Below, piece after piece: positions 1-12,534 of a stretch of DNA of 62,846 nt. How positions within the stretch are numbered: position 1 is the first letter of the stretch; every line of letters starts with the position of its first letter. This DNA comes from Octopus sinensis (taxonomy: Eukaryota). The translations under genes and the position numbers were made by a program. The notes beneath the pieces are model-generated. The model was not told the DNA's origin. It did no database searches and worked only from the letters and a program-made list of their open reading frames with translations. The DNA lies in the NCBI RefSeq assembly GCF_006345805.1, contig NW_021832135.1, forward strand, positions 1 to 62,846, given 5' to 3'.

Positions 1-241
1 TATATATATGCATGAATGTATGTGTGTATATGTTTGTGTGGCTGTGTCTGTCCTAACCAACATCGCTTGACAACTGATGCTGGTGTGTTTACGTCCCCGT
101 AACTTAGCGGTTCGGCAAAAGAGAACTTTAGAATAAGTACTAGGGTTACAAAGAATAACTACTAGGGTCGATTTGCTCGACTAAAGGCGATGCTCCAGCA
201 TGACCACAGTCAAATGACTGAAACAAGTAAAAGAGTAAAGA

Positions 242-277
<36 letters not shown>

Positions 278-572
278 ATATATATATATATATAATTATA
301 ATTTAGGGTATCTACGAGACACCACCATGCTGAAAATACGCAATTTTCAAAGCAAAACGCAGAAGTACAGTCATCACTAAAGTGACTAAGGGTGCAAGTC
401 AGGACCAATATTGCTGTAAATAAGAGTCAAAACAAGACAAAATAAGGGTTGTTTTTTACTCTTATTTTTAGCAATCTTGCTGCTGACTTGCACCGTTAGT
501 CTTGTTTGTACTGGTGCCTTTCGGTTTTAAAACTGCGAAAAGCCACTCTGATAATCTGTGTGTGTGTGTGTT

Positions 573-629
<57 letters not shown>

Positions 630-630
<1 letters not shown>

Positions 631-1085
631 AGGTCACTTTCGAGTGCTACTGGTAACATGTAACCCAGTACAACCTGTTGTATGGTTAGGTCGTCGGCGA
701 CTAAACTGGCAACCCCACCAAGCTTGTTGGTGAGGAGGGTGTTATTGGACACCCTGCGGATGAAAAACAAACCTGTCAAAGGCGGAGGAACTCTTGAGAG
801 TCAACGGCCATCTAATAAATGCCTTAAGGCTGTATCATACGCGGGGACATAGAAATAATCGGACTGAATACCCGATCGCGCGGTTAAACCATTGGGAGTG
901 AAGGACTCCTAGCCTTTGTTAGGGCATCCTTCTAGGAGAAGGTAGCTCAGGTAACTGGGATAACTCCGACATAAAACCTGCGGCTCAGTGGTTACCGATG
1001 ATGTTGGACTTGTTCTTTTTTTCGGATTATGACTGCTGTTGCTTAGTGAGTGGGATTGACTCAGTGCACAGCCTTTCCTCACTTT
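630..1085 (+). mobile_element. Possible RTE-clade LINE 5' region
   Basis: GGGCATCCTTCTAGGAGAAGG...AAAACC motif reminiscent of RTE 5'UTRs; recognition from memory only. Confidence 0.35.
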
Positions 1086-1170
1086 ATGGGTAGAAATTGA
1101 TATTAATCAATAAAAACCAGTGGCCTAGCATATTTGAAAAAAATCCAAAGATTAAAAATTTTTTCATGGA

Positions 1171-1390
1171 AAATTTAGAGGACTGACCACTAAAAGTGGA
1201 CAGCCTTTATGCTAGATATAAACGTCAAAATCGCCATTTTCCACGAAGAATGTGTTCTCAAGAAAAAATTCAGCAATAAACCAAAGTGCTGAATTTTTTC
1301 TTGAGAACACATTCTTCGTGGAAAATGGCGATTTTGACGTCTATATCTAGCATACAGGCTGTCCACTTTTAGTGGTCAGTCCTCTAATTT
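1171..1390. repeat. Fold-back inverted repeat (~105-bp arms, 11-nt loop)
   Basis: Arms at 1171-1275 and 1287-1390 with ~2 mismatches. Confidence 0.9.
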
Positions 1391-1437
1391 GTATACATAC
1401 ATACATACATACTACATCATACATACATACATATATG

Positions 1438-1469
<32 letters not shown>

Positions 1470-1641
1470 TACTATATATATATATATATATATATCTATA
1501 TACTATATTATATATATCTATCTATATTAATATATATATATATATATTATATATATATATCTATATATCATATATCTATATATATATTATATATATTATA
1601 TATATATCATATATATATATATATATATTATATATATGCAT

Positions 1642-2007
1642 AGCGCAGGAGTGGCAGTGTGGTAAGTAGCTTGCTAACCAACCACATGTTTCCGGGTTCA
1701 GTCCCACTGCGTGGCATCTTGTGAGTGGATTTGTAGACGGAAACTGAAAGAAGCCTGTCGTATATATGTATATATATATATATGTGTATGTGTGTGTTTG
1801 TGTGTCTGTGTGTTTGTCCCCCTAGCATTGCTTGACAACCGAAGCTGATGTGTTTACGTCCCCGTCACTTAGCGGTTCGGCAAAAGAGACCGATAGAATA
1901 AGTACTGGCTTACAAGAGATAAGTCCCGGGTCGATTTGCTCGACTAAAGTGGTGCTCAGCATGGCCGCAGTCAAATGACTGATACAATTAAAATAGTAAA
2001 AGAGTAT
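1642..2007 (+). mobile_element. tRNA-derived SINE family A with internal (TA)n(TG)n and (AAAGAGT)n tail
   Basis: A box TGGC(T/A)GTGTGG, B box GGTTCAGTCCC. Other copies: 1-240, 5267-5785, 8424-8880(-), 9162-9585, 17725-18110(-), 21403-21858, 24296-24770, 29265-29690(-), 32370-34080 (split by the mariner), 36459-36910, 37285-37640, 46413-46845, 51295-51500(-), 53505-54047(-), 56360-57210(-, pieces), 58400-58980. Confidence 0.9.
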
Positions 2008-2200
2008 ATATATATATATATATATATAAATAATAAATATTAGGGAATAAATCCAAATTTACAGGGAAAAAATCAGATTTAGGATTAAATCCAATTTTAT
2101 AGTAAAATATTTAAATATTATTAAAGACAAAACCACTTTTTGCAAACAAACAGGAAAGACTTAATCAATACATAAAATTTTAATAATGTCAAAAAAACCG

Positions 2201-2243
2201 CCACTACAATTGTTTCTTGTCTTGATCGACAATCTTCAGGTGG
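2201..2243 (-). ncRNA. Minimal type I hammerhead ribozyme, canonical core
   Basis: CCAC CUGAAGA UUGUC-gaucaa-GACAA GAAA CAAUUG UA^GUGG: stem I CCAC/GUGG, 5-bp stem II, palindromic stem III ACAAUUGU, GUA cleavage triplet. Confidence 0.8.
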
Positions 2244-2316
2244 ACTTCCAATAAGTCAGTTTCAAATTATGAAGTCATAATTATGATTTCATAATTTGAA
2301 ACTGACTTATTGGAAG

Positions 2317-2359
2317 TCCCCTGAAGATTGTCGATCAAGACAAGAAACAATTGTAGTGG
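2317..2359 (+). ncRNA. Inverted second copy of the same hammerhead (1-nt deletion in stem I)
   Basis: Mirror arm of the 2113-2453 palindrome; the core is intact. Confidence 0.65.
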
Positions 2360-2447
2360 CGGTTTTTTTTGACTATTTATTAAAATTTTATGTATTGATT
2401 AAGTCTTTCCTTGTTTGTTTTGCAAAATAGTGGTTTTGTCTCTAATA

Positions 2448-2501
<54 letters not shown>

Positions 2502-2651
2502 TATGGGTGCAGGACGTCACCAACAGTAAACAACATGAAATAGGAAAACAAATGAGTTCAATAAGCAAGCAATTGGAGAAACAAATAGAAAAAAGGACAA
2601 GTAACATAAAGAACGACCCTTCATCAGTTGTTGGCTGTCTATCCACTCCTC

Positions 2652-3756
2652 ATTTGACTACACCTCCATTTAGAGCACAGTTTAAGCTATCTTTTCGTGG
2701 AAGACGGTTTATGCTCCTATAATCTGTGTTAATTATGTAACCCTTTAAAATGGAAGATAAAAGAAAGTTCATTTTCAGCACTTGATGCTTTGGGAACCAG
2801 ACAAAAATTGTTGCAGCTCGGCTGGGATGTGTTACCCCACCTTCCGTATTCACCAAATATTGTTCCTTTCGATTTCCACTTACTCAGGTCTTTGCAGAAT
2901 AGTCTTAATGGTAAAAATTTCAATTCTTTGGATGAGGTAAAAAGATCCCTTGAAAGAATTCTTTGCCATGAAACCACCTCAATTCTGGGAAGAGGGTATT
3001 TTCAAGTTAAATAGAGAGCGGCGAGCTGGCAGAAACGTTAGCACACCGGGCGAAATGCTTAGCGGTATTTCGTCTGCGTTAGGTTGTGAGTTCAAATTCT
3101 TTCGAGGTCGACTTTGCCTTTCATCCTTTCGGGGTCGATAAATTAAGTACCAGTGACGTACTGGGGTCGATATAATCGACTTAATACCTATGTCTGTCTT
3201 TGTTTGTCCCCTCTATGTTTAGCCCCTTGTGGGTAATAAAGAAATAGGTATTTCGTCTGCGTTACGTTGTGAGTTCAAATTCCGCCGAGGTCGACTTTGC
3301 CTTTCATCCTTTCGGGGTCGATAAATTAAGTACCAGTTACGCACTGGGTCGATATAATCGACTTATACCTATGTCTGTCTTTGTTTGTCCCCTCTATGTT
3401 TAGCCCCTTGTGGGTAATAAAGAAATAGTATTTCGTCTGCGTTACGTTGTGAGTTCAAATTCCGCCGAGGTCGACTTTGCTTTTCATCCTTTCGGGGTCG
3501 ATAAATTAAGTACCAGTTACGCACTGGGGGGGGGGCGATGTAATCGACTTAATCCATTTGTCTGTCCTTGTTTGTCCACTCCGTGTTTATCCCCTTGTGG
3601 GTAATAAAGAAATAGATATTTTCAGGTTAAAGGAAAGATGGAGACGCATTGTGCAACAAAACGGTTCATATTTGGTTGATTAAAAATGTAATGGCAAGTA
3701 TTTATTGACCTCTTTCTGTCCTTTAAATATCGGCACGAACTTTCCGGACAACCCAA
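2652..3756 (+). mobile_element. Deleted mariner (second family), 5' TIR lost, interrupted by a SINE trimer
   Basis: Same deletion junction as 41315-41881; HLPYSPNIVPFDFHL motif; right TIR ends at 3756 followed by TA. Confidence 0.88.
3012..3616 (+). mobile_element. tRNA-derived SINE family B, head-to-tail trimer with 15-bp TSD
   Basis: TSD TATTTTCA(A/G)GTTAAA at 2997-3011 and 3617-3631. Other family-B copies or arrays: 23876-24290, 26818-27240, 35515-36380, 38035-38265(-), 40088-41250, 41955-42190, 42525-42750(-), 52630-52860, 54780-54990, 62410-62590(-), 62625-62846. Confidence 0.9.
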
Positions 3757-4149
3757 TATTTTACTGTACACGATTGTCAGCCAGTTCTGTATACCAAGAA
3801 GTCGGTGAGGGTTGCTTATGTACAAGGTCGAAATGATCATGAATGACTGGAAATTATTCGTGCTCTCAAACACATAACAAAGTGGAACAGTTCACTGCAG
3901 AGGGTGTGTGATGATTGTTTCGCTACAACAGAAGGATCGACTTATTCATGAGCTCACATAAATATATTTAAGGTATGTTAACTGGACAATAACAGAAAAA
4001 AAAAATACCGCCCTGTTTATCATATTCGGTTACTGTGTTGTGTGTACCGTGTGGACAATAGTACGTACATGGGTATTCACATACATACATACATACATAC
4101 ATACATACATACATACATACATACATACATACATTCCTGCGTTTGTTTT

Positions 4150-4600
<451 letters not shown>

Positions 4601-4969
4601 ACTTACTTTCAACAGTCAATCATTGTTTCATCGTTCTACACATGCGCGCTCGCGTCTGTACGTGTATATCTTGTTGTTAGGTCTAAAATCCAAGGTGTGT
4701 CTTTTTGAAGCACGTCTGCTTATTACAATATCCCCGTTTCGTCAGGCAGAAAATCAAATAATATATTAGTTAACTCTCTGTCTGAAGAATTTCCAGTTGG
4801 AGATATCTTACATGCTTATCCTACAAGTACAATTTTCTAATTTCTATAAGCAAATGATTTATGTGGAATGGCGAATAAGCAAAACAAAACAAAACAAAAA
4901 AATTATCCTATCTCCTGTTTTGATACATGTCTGGATATATATATATATAAAGATATATATATATATATA

Positions 4970-5160
4970 GGGAGAGTTTACGAAAAAAAGACGAAGACAG
5001 GTGGTGTACAAAACAAACTGATGTATTAGTATAACGCTCAGGAATAGAAAAAGTCTTTTACGTTTCGAGCCTACGCTCTTCTACAGAAAGGGACACGGAC
5101 AAAACAAGGAGAGAAAGAAGGAGAGAAAAAAATGTGTGTTGTGGCTAACGATCTATCATG
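4970..5160 (-). mobile_element. PLE-like family 3 copy
   Basis: Matches 25900-26128, 60340-60520 and 61562-61697; sits in (TA)n. Confidence 0.55.
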
Positions 5161-5162
5161 TT

Positions 5163-5206
<44 letters not shown>

Positions 5207-5453
5207 ATATACATATACACACGTGTGTGTGTGTGTGTGTGCGTGCGAAGACGAGGCTGTGTGGATAGGCACAAGCGGGGCTGTGTGGTAAGAAGCTTCC
5301 TTCCCAACCATATGGCAGCGGGTTCAGTCCCTTTGCGTTGTATCTTGGGCAAATGTCTTCTATTACAGCCTCGAGCTGCCCAAAGCCTTGTGATTGAATT
5401 TGGTAGACGGAAACTGAAGGAAACCCGTCGTATGTGTATATATATATATATAT

Positions 5454-5511
<58 letters not shown>

Positions 5512-5859
5512 ATATGTGTGTTTGTGGTGTGTGTGTGTGTGTGTGTGTATATATAAATGAGTGTGTGTGCGTGTGTCTGTCTGTCTTTGCCCGCCCCATC
5601 TCCTGACAACCGATGTTGGTGCGTTTACGTCTCGGTAAATTAGCGGTTCGTCAAAAGATACCGATAAGTACTTGGCTTAGAAAGAATAAGTCATAGGGTC
5701 AATTTCGACCCCCCAAAATCCCTTAAAAGCGGTACTCCAGCATGGCCGCAGTCAAATAACTGAAACAATTAAAACAATAAAAGAATACACACACAAATAC
5801 ATGCGTGAATCTGCTTATGGTCACTTCAATTCAACGAGACCCTTGGTTTTGATAAAACC

Positions 5860-7220
5860 CCTGCCATTACCCCGGAAAAAATACGCCCCAGAGCTAATTC
5901 TTATCTTCACCAAACTGTTTAATATTTCTCCCTCTCTCTCTAGGAATCTCTATCCCGAGTTTTAGGAACATGCTTTGCCATATCCTATTCCCCAGGTGAA
6001 TAAAAAAAGCTCTTAGCTGTCTATCTGTTTCCCGACTCTTGGACTGGTGGCTTCCTATCATATTTCCTTACCACGGTATGTTCTTATGGAGCCCTTGTTG
6101 ACTCACACTTTATCCACTCAGATGTGATTTAGGGTTCAGTTTTGTCCTCCCACATGCCTCCACTTATACATTCATGATTTGCCATCATCTTCTGCGCCTT
6201 CTATTCCAACGCACATGATTTCACCCCCTCATTCTACCCTGACCTTTTTTCATTCAACCATACTCTCACACAATCCTTCTCAATCTGGCAACAAAGGTTT
6301 TGTCACACACACTTCCAGCATCTCAACGTGACGGTGAAAATCATGAACAACCTTTTTCACTTCATTGAATCTTTCCCCCTTCTTCATGACTATCATGTAA
6401 AAGCAAAGAGTAAAGACCCCATTTGGTCATAAATGATCATGGGATTGCACCTAGAACGTTCCCCTCCGAGACACAAGTCCGGGCAAGGTTGTTTATGGAA
6501 GAGCAGCAGTCGCCCATGCGTATCAGCCTCCTACAAATCCATGCCACCGATGTTATCCAAGGGAAAGGCAGCCGTCCAAGAATTTGGATCTGGAGATCTC
6601 CATTTCCAGCGACTTCGAGGGCCACCTCCCAGAGGTGTCGGGCGTCAACGAAGAGCCCTCGACTACAACAAGACGACCAAAGTTTTTTTTTCCAAGGTCT
6701 GTGGGGTCTCCCGCCCCTAAGCCCTAGACCATCACCTAATCACCCTTACCTGTCTTGTTGCTAACAACAACAACAACAACAACAACAAGGCAAAGGCTGA
6801 TACATCTTGGCACTAGTGACGTCACAACTCGTTTCTACAACTGAGTGAACTGGAGCAACGTGAAATAAAATGTCTTACTCAAGAACAGAACACACATCCG
6901 GCCTGAGAATCGAACTCACTACCTCATGATTGTTAGCGTGACACTCTAACAACTAAGCCACGCGCCTTTACATTACCATGTACAAGATTTATTTCCCTCC
7001 CCCATGTCGCTCGTTAGTGACTCTCACCGTCGAGAAATTTGGTGAAAGCAGTGTTATTGCCTTTGGTGTCCTTAAGGCCTGGTGAATCTCTTGAAAAAAA
7101 AAAAACGCTCTTAGCTGTCTATTTGTTTCCCGGCTCTTGGATTGGTGGCTTCCTATCATATTTCCTTACCGCGGTGTGTTCTCATGAAGCCCTTGTTGAC
7201 TCACACTTTATCCACTCACT
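5860..7220 (+). mobile_element. Ancient CR1/Jockey-group RT fragments (5860-6350 and 6975-7220)
   Basis: Degenerate APELILIFTKLFN and SDVI*GSVLS (an SGVPQGSVL remnant); a ~120-bp block occurs at both 6000 and 7095. Confidence 0.5.
6571..6786 (+). mobile_element. 5'-truncated retroelement with (AAC)n tail, nested in a SINE
   Basis: Flanked by an AAGGCA duplication (6565-6570 and 6787-6792); the insertion-free allele is visible in the SINE copy at ~19670-19695. Confidence 0.75.
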
Positions 7221-8633
7221 GGCAGGTCGTAAGTAGATTTGGTCGTATGTCAGATTTATCTTTTTCAACAATATTTTCATTCAAACGAGGTATAAAAATA
7301 TAAAACACAAAAAAAATTTAACCCCTAATTATTTTACCTAAATTTTGTACAAAGTATAATTGCTGTGCAGAGCCTTTCACAGCTTCACGAATTCTTTCTT
7401 TGTCCCTAAGTATCGTCGGTACCGCGATCACGTGCTATTGTATTCACCTTCTTTCCGCCTTCATACAGCCGGATAATCTTCATTTTATAGCCTAAATCAA
7501 TAGCCTTCCTTGTCTTCTCAGTTGGCACATCTGTAGATGAAAGCATTTCCCTTTTACTAGTCATTTTAGGGAGTATTCCAGATACAATTGTAACAAATCC
7601 ATACGTAACTGATGCTTAAAAGCGACTGGGTGAGAGGCAGTGCCAGGTAGTGGATGCCTGGATCTGAGGGAGGTCTACGTTGCTAGATGCAACCATAGTT
7701 ATTGTACGCGCAGCTGTCTGACGTTTATTTTACTTATTCATTTTTTGTGGTCGTAAGTCCCTATGGTCGTAAGTCGCATAGGTCGTAAGTCGAGTAGAAG
7801 GTGTACATATTTTAGAGATACTTAAAACCAAAATTTAATTCTGACCGATTTAGTGTTAAGCGTTGGAATAATAAAACCACGTACACTAACTGTTAATTTC
7901 ATGCAGATGGAGTGTCTAAGTAACTAATGTTAATGATTTTAAAATGACTGACTGAATATATTCATTTTTTTACCCCTACTCGGTTTACAGTTCTGTAATC
8001 TTAGTGATTCCCTGATCCTGACTTCAGCAAGTACGGTGAACCTTTGCTGAGGAGGTTTAACACAATGTCAGCACATCTCCGGAGTTGTCCCCTATGCTTG
8101 TTGGAATTAGATTTCTCACTTAAAAATGTTTTACTCTCCTCATCCCATTAGTTTTTGATATTAATTAAATTAAAGATTTATAACTACTTGACTGTTGGTT
8201 TTTATGAGGTTGGCGTCGCTGAATAATTAAATTCAATGTTTTTGGTTTTCTAAATCTATTTAGGCTGCCACTCTATATTGCACGTAATTTTCTTGAACAT
8301 TCTTGTGCATATCCATTCCTTACATTTCAACTGGTAGATAGAACTCAATCTGAGGAATCAAGAATAAAATAATTTGTCCAGACACAACATGCTGTGAATT
8401 CGATCTGATATGCGGATCTTTTTACTCTATTACTCTTTTACTTGTTTCAGTCATTTGACGGCGGCCATGCTGGAGCACCGCCTTTAGTCGAGCAAATCGA
8501 CCCCGGGACTTATTCTTTGTAAGCCCAGTACTTATTCTATCGGTCACTTTTGCCGAACCGCTAAGTGACGGGGACGTAAACACACCAGCATCGGTTGTCA
8601 AGCAATGCTAGGGGGACAAACACAGACACACAA

Positions 8634-8689
<56 letters not shown>

Positions 8690-10102
8690 TATATATATAT
8701 ATATATATATACATATATACGACAGGTATCTTTCAGTTTCCGTCTACCAAATCCACTCACAAGGCTTTGGTCGGCCCGGGGCTATAGCAGAAGACACTTG
8801 CCCAAGATGCCACGCAGTGGGACTGAACCCGGAACCATGTGGTTGGTTAGCAAGCTACTTACCACACAGCCACTCCTATCTATAATCAATTCAATCTATC
8901 TCAGTAAATGGCTGTTACTTATTCTATATACCCCCGGAATGAGGGAACGATGAAGGGTAGGGTTTGGACTAAAAAAATTAACGTGACATAACTGACTGCT
9001 GTTTAGTCCGATACTCCACGATATCTACAATCACTCAAAGACGTTATGAAGTTATACATTTGAAGTTTTCTTTATTTTTACCTACACTGGGATTTGTTGT
9101 TTTGCATCACAAGATCACTCCTAGTCTAGCAGACCTCTGACTTGTAGATAGTCGACAGATAGGCGTAGGAGTGGCTGTGTGTAAGTAGTTTGCTTACCAA
9201 CCACATGGTTCCGGGTTCAGTCCCACTGCGTGGCACCTTGGGCAAGTGTCTTCTACTATAGCCACGAACCGACTAGACCTTTGTGAGTGGATTTGGTAGA
9301 CGGAAACTGAGAGAATCTCGTCGTATATATGTATATATATATATATATATGTGTGTGTGTATATGTTTGTGTGTCTGTGTTTGTCTCCCCACCATCGCTT
9401 CACAACCGATGCTGGTGTGTTTATATCCCCATAACTTAGCGGTTCGGCAAAAGAGACCGATAGAATAAATACTAGGCGTACAAAGAATAAGTCATGGGGG
9501 GTCGATTTGCTCGACTAAAGGCGGTGCTCCAGCATGGCCACAGTCAAATGACTGAAACAAGTAAAAGAGTAAAAGAGTAAAAGAGACATAAACTAACATT
9601 CTCCATATGCTGTACATCTGCCTTGTGTGGACTCACATTCCTTCACTTTGACGTTCACAGATTTATAGTATGAAGCGTTGTTTCGATGGTCAGACATGTT
9701 GCTTTTTTTTCCCTCCCTAATTTGGTCTTAGTAGAACAACATCCAGTAAGAATTAACTAATGTCGAGGATAATTTTAACGTGCATTTTGTGGGAGTCGTT
9801 TGTCTCTCTTGGAGTATTCTGCATAATGGACAAGGTATTCAGAGATTATCTTGCTTCATAGATACGGGAGACAGTCTATCGCAGATCATTCAAATTACTT
9901 TTTACAAAATATTTTAAATGCACTGTCACAAAATGAAATACAAGCCATACATGCAGCAGAAAATCACTAACAACAATGAACTGTTATTAAGTAAGTACTT
10001 GGGTGCAGCGTTATCAATCAGGCCATTATCAGTTAAGAACTTCTTCATAGTAATAAACCGTAAAAATAGAAGTATGGCTTGTTGAATAGTACAGGCATTT
10101 AT

Positions 10103-10490
10103 GTGGAGGCGCAATGGCCCAGTGGTTAGGGCAGCGGACTCACAGTCGTAGGATCGCGGTTTCGATTCCCAGACCGGGCGTTGTGAGTGTTTATTGAGCG
10201 AAAAACGCCTAAAGCTCCACGAGGCTCCGGCAGGGGATGGTGGTGATCCCTGCTGTATTCTTTCACCACAACTTTCTCTCACTCTTATTTCCTGTTTCTG
10301 TTGTACCTGTATTTCAAAGGGCCGGCCTTGTCACTCTCTGTGTCACGCTGAATATCCCCGAGAACTACGTCAAGGGTACACGTGTCTGTGGAGTGCTCAG
10401 CCACTTACACGTTAATTTCACGAGCAGGCTGTTCCGTTGATCGGATTAACCGGAACCCTCGTCGTCGTAACCGACGGAGTGCTTCCATCC
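10103..10490 (+). mobile_element. tRNA-derived SINE family C
   Basis: Head GGCGCAATGGCCCAGTGGTTAGGGCAGCGGACTC...GGTTTCGATTCCC. Copies with a different tail: 18346-18665(-, GCTCAAGACAAAT TSD), 39030-39465(-), 50648-50950, 51810-51965. Confidence 0.85.
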
Positions 10491-10860
10491 ACAGGCATTT
10501 ATCTGGAGTCCTAAGTTAGGAATTGAAATCTACTATCGGCGTATTACTGGATTTTAGTGTAGATTCTATTCTGTATTTATTCGGCTTATTGTCACAAATT
10601 TCGGCTTACTTACTGTCACAGATTTACGCCCATAGTATCATGTCGAGTGAGAAGACATGTCTTTCAATGAATTATCTGAGAAGTAGTCTTTAAAAGTCAC
10701 TAAGGACTCATGAAGCATTTACATTCAGAATTCATACTGGAGCGTCACCAGACATAAAAAGTCTGTAAGCTTGTAATTCTGAATAAAACGAGTAAACATC
10801 TAGTTTTTGCATTTGGTTTGCAAGATTCTTTATATGAGTTCGTGTGTTGAAGCATATTCT

Positions 10861-11111
10861 GTTGTGTCTGGGGAGAGTCATTTTCTTTTTGTGCCTTATC
10901 ATTTAACACACTCACCGGTAAAATTTCACTTATTTCTTATTTTCATTTTCCTAAAATGTTCGTTGCGTCTTGCAACCTTAAGACTATTGAAAAGGTTGCA
11001 AGACACAACGAAAGTTTTAAGAAAATAAAAATAAAAGATAAGTGGAAATTTTACCGGTGAGTGTGTTATATTATAAGGCACAAAAAGAAAATGACTCTCT
11101 CCAGACACAAC
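10861..11111. repeat. Fold-back repeat family; second copy at 47937-48145
   Basis: ~115-bp arms around an AAGACTATTGAAA spacer; both copies share upstream sequence as well. Confidence 0.85.
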
Positions 11112-11648
11112 AAAGTAAACATCTATACTATAATAATGAAAACAGCTTATTAATTGGTTTGTAGTATGCGACTATTACTAAAGGTAAGCAATTATTAAAG
11201 CCTACATTGTCTAGAAAATTCTTCAAAATTCTAATTTATATATATTTTTCTCAAAATGTGATTTTTCAAACAATCTTTGCTGTTGAAGATCTCAGATACA
11301 GACAATTTTAATTTACTGCAGGGTTGCATTTTCTTTTAACACTGCAAAATAACGTTCCTTCCTTATCTTTTCCCTCTTTCTCTCTTACACTTTCTGACGC
11401 TACTTTTCTTCAGGCATTCCAGAAGGAACATTGCCCCAAACCATGAGTTTCATCTTGCATCAACCAAATTATGGTGATTCCAGTATATTTGTTGGATGTT
11501 GTTGAAGAAGAAAAGTGGTTTTAATTTACATGCGTCAATAGTACCAAATATAAAATTGTAATAATATGAAAAAATGATATATAGAAAAAGAAAAAAAAAA
11601 GAAAAAAGACAAGAAATAATTGCCAGCAACATTGACAGTAATTTTATG

Positions 11649-11654
11649 TTTATT
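11649..11654 (-). terminator. Polyadenylation signal, paralog A
   Basis: AATAAA ~80 nt after the stop, in a 3'UTR block shared with paralog B. Confidence 0.6.
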
Positions 11655-11733
11655 TAATTACAAACAGCAACAAATTGTATTAATTATTAGTATTTTCAGA
11701 ATTAGGGAGTTCTCATTTTTTTTAAAGTCCTGT

Positions 11734-12534
11734 TTAATAATGGCCATGTCCACCAAGACCAGCGTAACCATATCCACCGAAACCATGTCCATCAAAACCA
11801 GGTCCACCAAAACCGTGTCCTGCAAGAGCGTGTCCATCATAGCCAGCTCCACCATAACCGTATCCACCATAACCTAAACCGCCATAGCCGTATCCACCGT
11901 GTCCAGCAAGACCACCGTGACCAACAACACCACCGTGACCAACAAGTCCACCGTGACCAACAACACCACCATGACCAACAACACCACCGTGACCAACAAC
12001 ACCACCGTGACCAACAAGGCCACCGTGACCAACAAGGCCACCTGCTAGAGCACCACGACCAGCGAAACCGTACCCGCCAAAACCTCCGTAACCTGCATGT
12101 CCATCATAACCGGGACCAGCATATGCGCCATGTCCACCTTCAGCACCGTACGCAGCAGCGTGCCCAGCTACAGCACTGTGTTCACCGCCGTATGCGTTGT
12201 GGCCAGCATGAGCAACAAAGTTTCCATATTTTTCCAACATGTCGTCCTTGTGTTTGTCGTGGTCCTCGTCGTGTTCATGGTGTCCATAGTTGTCCACGTG
12301 ATCGTGTTCATGGTTGCGGAAACCGACGTCGTAGGCGGCTTTCACGCCATGTTCACCGTGTTCAGCGTAGGCGTTGTTTGCTACGTGTTCAGCAGAAGCT
12401 ACACCATGGTGGGCTTCATCGTGGCCTTCTTTTCCATAGTGTTCACCATAGTGTTCACCGTGGGGTAAAACTGAACTGTTTACCAAAAGGAAGACGGAGG
12501 CGAAAACAGCCAGGGCAAGAATGGACATGTTCAT
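11734..12534 (-). CDS. Secreted His/Gly-rich structural protein, paralog A (266 aa; histidine-rich beak protein-like)
   Basis: Intact ORF. Hydrophobic signal peptide MNMSILALAVFASVFLLVNS, acidic His/Glu/Asp head, 8 x G(L/V)(V/A)GHG hexapeptides, GYGG tail ending GHY. ATG context GCCATCATG; splice acceptor ttttcag at 12563-12565 upstream. Two paralogs in the window. Confidence 0.93.
   Translation of the reverse strand: MNMSILALAVFASVFLLVNSSVLPHGEHYGEHYGKEGHDEAHHGVASAEHVANNAYAEHGEHGVKAAYDVGFRNHEHDHVDNYGHHEHDEDHDKHKDDMLEKYGNFVAHAGHNAYGGEHSAVAGHAAAYGAEGGHGAYAGPGYDGHAGYGGFGGYGFAGRGALAGGLVGHGGLVGHGGVVGHGGVVGHGGVVGHGGLVGHGGVVGHGGLAGHGGYGYGGLGYGGYGYGGAGYDGHALAGHGFGGPGFDGHGFGGYGYAGLGGHGHY

Larger units (their letters stand above)
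2008..2453. mobile_element. Penelope-like (PLE) terminal repeat in fold-back arrangement
   Basis: ~340-bp near-perfect palindrome at 2113-2453 centred on 2280/2281, with a hammerhead in each arm; embedded in (TA)n. The PLE assignment is by inference from the hammerhead plus inverted structure. Confidence 0.6.

Noticed and set aside
1171-1390. Hammerhead or miRNA precursor within this fold-back
   Set aside because: No CUGANGA/GAAA core was found, and near-perfect 105-bp arms fit a MITE or fold-back better than a pre-miRNA.
10103-10180. tRNA genes
   Set aside because: The tRNA-like A/B boxes are SINE heads: they continue into SINE bodies and lack a complete cloverleaf and terminator.
11260-11500. 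Tc1-like transposase remnant (LMVWG-like) downstream of paralog A
   Set aside because: A single weak motif, with no TIRs or further motifs to support it.
11734-12534. Suckerin or R&R cuticular protein assignment
   Set aside because: No Pro-delimited Ala/Thr-rich beta modules (Thr is absent) and no R&R chitin-binding consensus. The HBP-like architecture fits better, though this needs a database search.
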